In this document: positions 28,012-38,652 of the stretch, piece after piece
How the letters are laid out: each line of letters starts with the position of its first letter
Position numbering within the stretch: the first letter of the stretch is position 1
Source: Octopus bimaculoides
Taxonomy: Eukaryota
Direction: 5' to 3'
Length of the DNA stretch: 64,000 nucleotides
Assembly: GCF_001194135.2 (NCBI RefSeq)
Contig: NC_068985.1
Coordinates: 20,613,067 to 20,677,066, forward strand
Notes under the pieces: generated by a model
Seen by the model: only the letters and a program-made list of their open reading frames with translations
Databases searched by the model: none
What the model was told of the DNA's origin: nothing
Program-made: the position numbers and the translations under genes

Positions 28012-31000
28012 CAATACAATATTAGGATAAAAACTTTATAAGAATTTATCAAGTAGTTAGCGTGAAAAAACCTCATAAGGGAAAAAAAACCCATCATTTT
28101 TCCCATAAATATATTTAATTTATATAAGGGCATTACTATACAATAATGCCTCACGCCAAGAGTGAGTAATGCCCTTATATAAATTATATATAGTCAATTC
28201 AATAAACAATTCAAATAAAGAAATAAAAAATAAATAAAAACAGAACACGATGACTTGCACAAGAAATGTATTAGCTTGATGCTTGGTGAAAGGAGAGAGT
28301 TTGATGCTTCAAGCATATTTACAATGGGCTTCTTTCAGTTTCTGTTAGCCAAATCCACTCACAAGGTGTTGATCAGTCTAAAGCTATAGTAGAAGATACT
28401 TGCCTAAGGAGCTACGGAATGGGACTAATCCCCAACCATGTGGCTGAGAAGCAAACTTCTTACCACACAGCCAAGCATAGTACTTGCTCTGACACTTCAT
28501 CACCACTATCTTTATCTCTCTTTTCTACTTCACTTATTATCATCCACCCTTGTATAATGTGGATTCATGCATGTATACATATATACACACATGCTTGCAT
28601 GTATATATGCACACTTGTATGTGTTTGTGTATACCAAGTAAAATAGCATTTTGACTTGCCTCTCTCTATGTCAAAAGTTTAACTTAGTCATTTAATAGAG
28701 ATCAAAATAAAAACTGAAGTTAATATAATCAACTTAAAACTCATAAAAGCAGTAACTTATTATCAATAAAGTCCAACAACTGAAGCCAATAAACTAGTAA
28801 AAGAGTTTGTATTCACCATTATATATTCCACTGTTGAATAGAAAGGAGATCATTAACATTCCATTCTGGACAACTAGTATAATTGTTAACATTTTGTGTT
28901 ATCATTTCTTTACTTGTTGGGAATATTACTGAAGTATTTTCAAGCTGTCTTTGTTTAATTATTTTCTTTTGTAAGAGATTTGTGATCATCATTTCTTCAG
29001 ATAATAGCAAGTATTAAAATTCTAGTCAAGGACCATGAATGTGTGTTTGTGCTGTTTCTTCCAGTTCGTATTTTGTTTTAATTTTGTTCTGGTTTTTATT
29101 CCTTTCATGTACAACATTAGGATGAGGTTTTACAAAAACTGGATATTTGCATATAAATTGTTATTTAAATGGTTTTATTTAACAGCTCTGTTTTTTTTAT
29201 ATTGCTAATCAGACAACTCGGATATATGAATACTACTTATTTTTGTCTATGTATAAAAGAAAACAACATAGTTTATGTTATATAAGGTACACTTTTTCAA
29301 AACGAAGAAAAAGAACAAGACAAAATTCTAGAAAATCAATATGCATCTTACAATTTCAAAGCCAAGATTTTTGATTATTGACAAGTGTTGGGTCAGATGT
29401 TTCAGTGCTCAACAGAATGAACTGCAAACATCACTCTTATAAAGCTGTTTCCTAGAATTACTGGTATTGGTGCCCCAGCATGACCACAGCTTTTGAGCTG
29501 AAACTGGTTAAAGAATTAAAGAGTAACAATAAATTATTAGTGCTTCATATTAAACAACACTAATCAGAAGAAGAATTTAGTGATCCTATATTTTTGTCCT
29601 GATAAGTGTTCTTTAATATGAAGCACTAATGATATATTCATTGTGACCTTAAAAAATACTAATAATTCTGAGAAGCAGCTATATAAGAGACGTGTTTACA
29701 GTTTGTTCTTGTCACATAACAAGCACCAAGTATACTCTGTGGAGTGGAATGGTTGGCATTAGGAAGGGCATCCAGCTGTAGAAACCATGCTAGAACAGAC
29801 AATGGAGCCTGGTGAGAATCTTATAGCTCTGGTCACACCATCCAACCCATGTCAGCATGGAAAGCAGGCATTAAATGATGATGGTGATGATGATGTCTGA
29901 CCATACAAATAAACAAAGAGGTATTCATCTGTATACCAAACTGTATGTCCTAAGAGATCATTGAGGTAATAAAATTTTAAGACTATTTACTTAATTGATA
30001 GAAACAATCTATTTTTGGTTGAACACAGATAAGACAGATTTTCTTTATGAAATGGTTTAACAAACACAACAGTATTTCTTTAATTGATAGGCACAAACAA
30101 TTCATTGTTTGGTTGAACAGTTATTTAAGTTTAACATTTTCAGATTACCTTTACCTCAACATAATGGAGTCACAGAAAAGACATGCCTACACAATTGCTT
30201 ACAAAATTACAAGTAATAACATTGATGAACTTTGAATTGGATGTTTTAGTTTCCAAGTGTTTAAGTAATGTATGACTGATAATGAGAGCAAAGATTTCCA
30301 GAAAGAGAATAAAGTGAAAACTTCTGTGTATACTTGATAAATTTTACTGTAGCACCAAAAGTAGTGAAATTGTTTTACGTTCCTGGCAAGATTAAGGGTC
30401 CCATCACCGTTATGTTGATATCCTTTATTTGCCAACCATTATATAGGGTGTACTGCAAAGTGCATTTTGTCATAGTACCAGCACTAATATCTTGTACTTT
30501 GTAAGTTAAAAAGTCCTCTCTATTTTCAAGTGTATACGTTTATTCAAGTAATCTGATCAAAAAAATTATTTTAGAAGAACCAAGATGAGTGACTGAAGGA
30601 AGCAAGAGAATAGTGGAAAAAATAGAGTGATTGAGGTGAGAGAGTAGTAGAAGGAGGAGTAATGGAAGAGTGACAATGATTAGATCAACATGTTTGTTGG
30701 TTAGAGAGCAGGAGAGAAATAAAGAGAGCAAGAGAGTAATGAATGTAAACAGATGGGTGATAGTGAGAGATAGTCTTGGATGCCAATATTGTGTAGTTTA
30801 GGGGAGAGGGAGTGATGATCGGCAGTATAGAATATAAGTTGTCAAGATGAATCTAATGCAAACAGATATAATGCTATTCCACCTTCATAGACTTTGTGAT
30901 GAGTAAGATAAGTTGAGTGATAGAGATGATGAGGAATATTGAGCATTGATGCTTCCAATACCATCTCTTGTTGTACTGATAGGTATAAGTACAGCGAATG

Positions 31001-31140
31001 GGATTCAATGCCATCTCTAGCTACACAGGTAGCATGGTATAGTCAAAAGAGGGATGGATGGAGAGAGAGTGAGTGAAAGACAGATAAAGAGATAAGAGGG
31101 TATCACTGAAGTAGGTTTGGTTCTTTTTATGTGTGTGTGT

Positions 31141-31171
<31 letters not shown>

Positions 31172-32499
31172 AGAAGTGTATGGTGGTTGTTGTCACAGGG
31201 TATGCTACTGAGAGCTGAACTTACTATTTATTGCTCCCAAAATAAACACTAAATTTGGGCTGTTTTTATACATAATGTGACTTCAGTTTGACTTAATCTT
31301 AGTTTCTGAGCGTGTGTTACTAGATTTGAAAATAAATTACGACTGGGTTATATCCTGATACTGCACGAACAGAATTACACTAAGGAAAATTTACCATTTC
31401 TGGTAAATATGTGACTCATTTAGTACACCCAAAATACATGCCTCTGAGATAAGTGCTAAATTCGTCACAACTGTCAAAGACATCTTTACATGTAATTTTT
31501 CCATGCTAGCATAGATTAGTTTGGTCAGGCAATATTCATTACATAATCATTTTACCAGTTTGTGATTACTCATACTCTCTCTCTCACACACACATGCACA
31601 CACACATACACACACACATATGGATACACTCTCACCTCACACACACACATATAAAACACATTTGAATATATTAACATGCATCTTCAAATTGTGTATAACA
31701 TAAGCAAAGTTAATATTTATAAATAATAAAATATTCACTGGAATATGTCTAAAACTTTAAATGGCACACCAAACATGACTATTGTATATGCTCTATGGGT
31801 ACCCTTTAATATTTGGATTGGTTCCAAATGTAGCCAAGCAGATGAATTTAGTGTATACCTGATTGTAAAGAATAGTTGTAAAAAAAAAAATCAAAACAAA
31901 GATACAAAAGTACAATGGCATTAATGATGCCAGTGATGGTGATAGCAACAATTGAAAGATATATCACCATCATGCTAAACATTATTACTATCATTGCTAT
32001 CATTATTATCCTAGTGTGTAACACATACAATTGTATGTATTTTTTCAAATGAGCTATATAATTCAATAAGTTTTCAACTGCAACAGGATGTAATAGCCAC
32101 TATTTTAGGGTTTCAAATCCTGTTTTCAGCTTTACTAATTTGGAACTATTACATTTAGCAAGCTATTCATTTTTTACTTGCTTCACTCATTGGACTGTGA
32201 CCAAGCTGAGATACCACCTTTAAGGGTTTAGTTGAACAAATTGATACTGGCACTTAGTTTTATATCTGGCATTTTTATCTTGTCTCTTTTTACTGAACTG
32301 GGGAAAAGCAAATCCTCCCCAATAAGTTTGTTAAAAGTATCTAATTATTCAATAATTTAGTTAATTTACAATGAAACAATTGAATGTCTGTTTTGTCTTG
32401 GGAGAGTCATTACACAAATAATAATGCATGCATTTTGTTATTGTTAGTCAATATCTAACCAACTAACTAATAAATTGTTTATTCAATGTACTGGTTAAA

Positions 32500-32880
32500 C
32501 AATCTTTAATGTCTATTGTCCATGCTGGCATGAGCTGGACAGCTTGACCAAAGCTGGCTGGAGAGTTGCACCAGAGTCCAATCTGATTTGGCATGATTTC
32601 TATGGCTGAATGCCCTTCCTAATGCCAACTACTTTACTGAGTGTGCTGGGTGCTTTTACATGGTACTGTACAGGCACTTTTACATGGTACCACCATGAGC
32701 GCTTTTTACATGGTACTGGCACAGGACTCTTGCAGTCTTAACACTTCAGCTGCGGAATACAGGTCTTCTTGGGTACAGCAAGGCACCAGGCATCTCAGTC
32801 CTTTGTCATCTCGCCTGAAAGGTTCAACATCCTGAGGTCATTCTTCAATACTTCATCCCATGTCTTCTTGGATCTCCTGT
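32500..32880 (-). mobile_element. 5'-truncated RTE LINE: ORF2 C-terminus plus family-A-type 3' UTR
   Basis: Minus RRSKKTWDEVLKNDLRMLNLSGEMTKD*DAWCLAV matches the RTE RGRP.KTW...VK.DL...DR..WR ending; followed by family A motifs. Confidence 0.75.
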
Positions 32881-33839
32881 GTCTGTGTAATATTTCCTTC
32901 ATCTACATATGTTTTGCTCACTGATTGTAAACAATGACTTCATTTATGGTGTTGTTTGCTTGCAATCCATCAAGAAAGCATATTCAAGCTTCTTGAAGCA
33001 TTGCATGATGTTTATAAACAAAACATTCATCATATGGTTTCATTTGTTTCCAGTTCCCCAAGCAAATATGTCTGGGAGGTTATTATTACCTCTCTTGGAA
33101 ATAAATGGGTGTTGGCAACAACAAACATCCAATGGTAGAAAACTCTGCCCTAACATACTCTTGTCTGATTCATGTGATTTCAGGAGAATTTTATCTAAAC
33201 AAAGTCTTAATTAAGAGAAAATTCCTGAAACCTTTCAAATTTATCTAATTTCTTTTTAAGTATAACTTTGAAAGCTGAGTCAAGAGAGAGGAGTTACATC
33301 TAGATGAAATCTCCAAACAATTTAAATGCACAAATCTCTGATATCCAAGTGGTTAAAAAGTATCAGCAGAAAGGCACCCAGTAGTCATGACTTGAATGTG
33401 GTCCGATGCCCTTAGCATGTAAGAAGTTAAAGGCCAAAATGCTTCCCTGAATGAGGTTTCTTCTCTGAAGGCCTTCTACTATTCAGTTCTCTTGACAGTG
33501 TCTCACCATATGTGAAATTTAACTTTATGAGAAAAAAAGAAACAGATTAATAAAGTAATATAATTTTTATATGAAGGTACTTTGAGACATGGAATGAATT
33601 TCAAGTCTTATCCATGATTAAAAAGGTTGGGAAATGTTGGCATAGACAATTATAGTCATCATCTGTATAGATATGTTTATGTAGCTTGAAGATCCCTCTC
33701 TGAAATAATATAAATAAACATATGTAGATAGGTTCATTTCAATGTTAGCAATTATAAAAATATATAGTTACAAGAAACATGCCGTCTTGGTAGGCAGCAG
33801 GGGTGGCAGTGCTTACTCAAAGTAAAATTATAAATATTC

Positions 33840-34040
33840 ATTATTGGTTCCAAATTTTGGTACAAGGCCAGCAATTTTGGGGGAGGTGATAAGTCAATTA
33901 CATCAATCCCATTGTTCAACTGGTAATTATTTTATCAACTTCAAAACAACGAAAGGTAAAGTTGACCACAGTGACATTTCATTTGTCTGGTGTTCAAATT
34001 TTGCTAAGTATTTTGTCTGGCATACTAATAATTCTGCCTC
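33840..34040 (-). mobile_element. Family C SINE (others 16785-16965+, 39330-39545+ with TSD ttagagcttgg, 40315-40530+, 46620-46820-)
   Basis: Family C core and ccttgtgccaaaatttgaaacc-type tail. Confidence 0.75.
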
Positions 34041-34775
34041 ATAAATATTAATTATTAAACATAGAATGTTAATTATTTTGTATTTCATTATAAAAAATAG
34101 TAATTTAAGCTTGAAAATCAATATATAATTCAGTACATAGTTGATATTTTTATGCTGGACAGGTACAGTGTCTCTGTGCAGTTCAACCTATATATATCAT
34201 TATCATCATCATCGTTATGATGATGATGATCGTCATCATCATCATCATCACCATCGTTGCTGTCATTTTAACGTTCCCTTTTCCAGGCTTGCGTGGGTTG
34301 AGTGGGTTTTATTGAGGTGAATTTTCTACAGCCAGATGCCTTTCCTGCTACCAAACCTCAACTGTTATCAAAGAGGGTAATGCTTCTGCATGGCCAGACA
34401 TGCTTTTTTTTTTTTTACCAAACAACACTGATTATATGACCTCTGATGGTAATGTTCATCTACAACTGTCACAAGATGTCTAGACAAGATTACACACAAA
34501 GACACACACACACACACACAATACTATAGTAAAAGACACTTGCCATGCATTGGAACTGAATTTGGAACCATGTATTTGGGAAGCAATCTTCCTACCACAC
34601 AACCATACCTGCAATTATATATATATATATATATATATNNNNNNNNNNNNNNNNNNNNNNNNNNNNNNNNNNNNNNNNNNNNNNNNNNNNNNNNNNNNNN
34701 NNNNNNNNNNNNNNNNNNNNNNNNNNNNNNNNNNNNNNNNNNNNNNNNNNNNNNNNNNNNNNNGTGTGTGTGTGT

Positions 34776-35191
34776 ATCATCATCATCATCATCGTTTAAC
34801 GTCCGCTTTCCATGCTAGCATGGGTTGGAAGATTTGACTGAGGACTGGCAAACCAGATGGTTGCACCAGGCTCCAATCTGATCTGGCAGAGTTTCTACAG
34901 CTGGATGCCCTTCCTAACGCCAACCACTCTGAGAGTGTAGTAGGTGCTTTTATGTGCCACCGGCACGAGGGCCAGTCAGGCGGTACTGGCAACGGCCATG
35001 CTCAAATGGTGTTTTTTATGTGCCACCTGCACAGGATCCAGTCCAACGGCACTGGCAACGACCTCACTTGAATGTTTTTTCGTGCCACCAGCACAAGAGC
35101 CAGACAGCTGCTCTGGCAATGATCATACTCAGATGGTGCTGTTAGTACTCCACTGGCACAGGTACCAGTCATCAAATTTGGTTCAATTTCG

Positions 35192-35192
<1 letters not shown>
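34776..35192 (-). mobile_element. Family A retroposon, long copy with ~4-5 internal subunits
   Basis: Near-consensus tail then repeated ttttatgtgccacc.gcac...ggca units. Confidence 0.9.
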
Positions 35193-35237
<45 letters not shown>

Positions 35238-35247
35238 NNNNNNNNNN

Positions 35248-35289
<42 letters not shown>

Positions 35290-37049
35290 ATATATGCTTA
35301 TATATATGCATATATACACACATATGTATGCACACACTACACATACACATGCCCCACACAAATATGAGAAGAGATTATGTATGAGAAGATATAAAAATAC
35401 ATCATAATATATTCAATTTGTTAAAATTCCGGGATGTTAAAAACTACTTATAACAAGGAATAAAACGTTGGCAAATTTGACTAATTTTGTTATAATATTA
35501 GAAAACCATATTCCATTCCAAAACAAATATTTCTGAAAACCTATCTTTATTTCTTCATTTTTGAGCGATTTTAAATAAGAACTAGCAAAAACGAAACAGA
35601 AAAAAAGAGAAAACAAATCAGATATTGACTGTGTGCCCTGATAAACAACTAGGACGTGTGTCTTGAAGAGGAACTGTCTGCGTGGTTTCAATTGCAAATC
35701 TCTTGAATATGAAGAGTGGGGTACTATTTGGCTAAATGCCAAGTTGGATAGGGAGATGAGATGAGTGGAAGAGGAGATGAGAAGTAGAGGAAGAGGAAAG
35801 TGTCTAATTAGAACACCACCTGATATGTTGATTCTGCCATACACATTGTTGTAAAGTAGTTTGCGTAATAATTACAGCTATGTAAGCCAATATAGGTACA
35901 CATTCTATTCCAAAGATATCTTGAAAGCTTTCCATTTATTTGTCTAGCAGTAAATTTGACTATGTGAATCTGTGTCTAAAGTTGTAGTCACAAATGTTTA
36001 AATTTCAGAAATTATTTAGATTCAGGTAATATGATAAAGTTAAGTTGAATAAAGAAAATAATTTAACTGATGGCTATCTTTTCCTGGAATGTCAAATAAC
36101 CTATATTTTTGTACTATATACCTTACAGATGTACAACATTTGTGTTATATATTTATGTTAAATACTTAGGAAACAGCAACTAACCAAATGCATTTGCACA
36201 AATACATATGCATATATACACAACAACCCAATTGCAATGTATATAGAGAAAATTCCATTGATCTTCACACATACACACACACACACATACACACACACAC
36301 ATACACACACACACACATACACACACACACATACACACACACACACATACGTGTGCATGTGTGTGTTCAGAAAGTAAAAATGTCTTAACTAGATACCACA
36401 AGGAATTTTGTCTTGCACTTTATCTTTTCCACCTCTGTCATCCCTGCTTTACATTACCTATTAATAGGGCTTCAAACAAAGCAATTTAGCAATTAGGTAA
36501 GACAGAATAGTATAATTTACCTACATAATCTGCAACTGAACTGTAAAAATAAAAAAGATAATCCATTAGCACACATAGCTGAATTCAACTCCACCCACTG
36601 AAACAAAATTAACTGCGATAGATTGGTAGCACATCCATTTCATAGACTGCTAGTGTTTCAATCCCATAAAGCATAAAAAAACAACACTGAATGGCTCTGA
36701 GACTCAGATTAAGGGAATTTATTAATCATCTGTTATATTTGAGGATGGTCATATTTTTGCCGATTAACCACTCACACTATATACTTGGTCTTCACTTCAG
36801 CTCTATTCATATTCTTATTTTAGTGCCCTTTATCTCAAATCTTTCATACATACTGTGGTGACTCTCCAAGGAGTCACTTAGGAGGTCACAGGATGTGTGA
36901 CAGAAGATTTCAGACAAGGGACATTAAAATAATAATAATAATAATGCTGAAGTGAAGACCAAGTAATTGGTAAAAATATGAAATATAACAATATTTGTTT
37001 CATCCAAATATAACAGATATAGGAATATTTGTTTCAACACACAATTTCA

Positions 37050-37235
37050 TTATTTACATTATTTACATTTGACGGATATTTGTCCTCATCTTGTTTGTTG
37101 GTAACACGTTTCAGCTGATATACCCTCCAGCCTTCATCAGGTGTCTTGGGGAAATTTTTAATCTGGGTTCTCATTCTTAAGGTATTTTTCAATGTTATTA
37201 TGATTATAATAACATCGAAAATTACCTTAAGAATG
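37050..37235 (-). mobile_element. Penelope pseudo-LTR copy inverted relative to the downstream ORF, ending in a 29-bp snap-back (37172-37200/37207-37235)
   Basis: Reverse complement of 38575-38720; contains gacac-CTGATGA-aggctg...cagct-GAAACGT. Confidence 0.85.
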
Positions 37236-37631
37236 TAAAAACCATGCCAAAGCAGACATTGGAGCTCAGGACAGATTTCTTGCTAGTCACTTCCAGTTAA
37301 ATCGTCCAATGCTTACAAGCATGAAAAATGGATGTTAATGATGATGATGATTATGACAGTTCCACCTGCTATTATAGATTCCCTGAAATGGAATGGTAGT
37401 TTTTGTACATTTGGTTCATTAGAAGACAATATGACTTGTAAATATTGGTTCTTTACCTCATCTTATATCAACAATACTCCTCCCTGATTGATAGTAATTG
37501 CTGTGAATGAAGTCTTCATAATTGAGTGGGGAATCAATGATAAATGTTGCTCAGAAGGATCAGGAAGATGTACTGAAAAAGATACAGAGTTTGGTTAATG
37601 GCTTTTACATGCTTTACATCAGATATTCTAT

Positions 37632-38422
37632 AATCAGCTAGCATTCCTGGACGTAATAATAACACTCACCAAGTATGGATCCAGGACATCCGTATACCGC
37701 AAGCCAACCTTTACTGGACGATACTTCAACTTCACTTCCCACCATTCATACAGTGTAACGAAGGGGATTGCTCAGCGCCTAAAACATCGAGCAAAGAATA
37801 TAAGTAGCAATCCTGATGCACACCACGAAGAAATGATCAAGCTAAGTAACAATCTATTAAGCAACAACTACCCGCAAAACATACTATCTACTCCAATTAG
37901 GAAGAGAAGAGAGTATGAAACCCAAAAACTGACCATAGTCTGTCTACCCTATGTGAAAGGTCTCTCCAAAAAGATATGAAAGGTATGCAGCCCTTATGAC
38001 ATCAGGACAATATTCAAGTGTAATACAACACTTCACAAACATCTCCTTCAAGTAAAACCATCAATAGAAGAGAACATGACCAAAGACTGTGTGTACTCCA
38101 TCCCATGCAGTTGTGGTAGGTTATATAAAGGCGAAACATGTCGCCCCCTCAAAGTAAGAGTAGAGGAATATTGCAAAGCTGTGACATGAGGAGATATTGA
38201 TAAATCAGGTATAACTGATCATGTGTGGAAAAATGGAGACCACCTCCCCCAGTGGGATGAAATTAAAATAATAGGCAGAGAATACCACTGGAAAATACGA
38301 AAACTAAAAGAGGCAGCACATATATGCTAGGACATAATAACCTCCTAAGCAGACCTAGTGCAGATATGAGTAGGATATGGGAACCGGTATTAAGGAAGGA
38401 TAGGAAAATATTATATTTATAA
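37632..38422 (+). mobile_element. Penelope-like retroelement, RT thumb plus GIY-YIG endonuclease, 5'-truncated pseudogene
   Basis: NQLAFLDV...SVYRKPTFTGRYFNFTSHHS...LPYVKGLS...CVYSIPCSCGRLYKGETCRPLKVRVEEY...SGITDHVW...RKLKEA; internal stops and a frameshift. Confidence 0.92.
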
Positions 38423-38451
38423 GCCCTAAAATTCACTCCATAATTGCCCAT

Positions 38452-38521
38452 GGGCATATGGCATAGTGGTTAAGAGCATGGGCTACTAACTCCATTTCGA
38501 ATTCAATTCCAGGCAATGACC
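38452..38521 (+). other. tRNA-like Pol III cassette in the Penelope 3' region (second copy 58188-58260)
   Basis: A-box-like tggcatagtgg, anticodon-arm-like loop ctactaa, B-box-like (a/g)ttcaattcc; acceptor stem not intact, so not a functional tRNA gene. Confidence 0.7.
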
Positions 38522-38606
38522 TGAATAATAATAATAATAACAATATTAGGAATAATATTATTATAATATTATTAGGAATGAGAACCCAGGTTCGAAATTC
38601 CCCCAG

Positions 38607-38652
38607 GATATCTGATGAAGGCTGGAGAGTACATCAACCGAAACGTTATGTT
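38607..38652 (+). ncRNA. Minimal type I hammerhead ribozyme motif in the Penelope pseudo-LTR
   Basis: GATAT(stem I)-CTGATGA-A-GGCTG...CAACC(stem II, one mismatch)-GAA-ACGT(palindromic stem III)-T-ATGTT(stem I). Confidence 0.7.

Noticed and set aside
30154-30222. Peptide EKTCLHNCLQNY resembling a small-Tim CX3C motif
   Set aside because: Only one CX3C, no partner exon, alternative frame equally open
35437-35844. 135-aa minus ORF
   Set aside because: Low-complexity, composition-driven; no motif or splice support
38452-38521. Possible genuine tRNA gene (loop ctactaa)
   Set aside because: Acceptor stem does not pair and both copies are embedded in Penelope sequence
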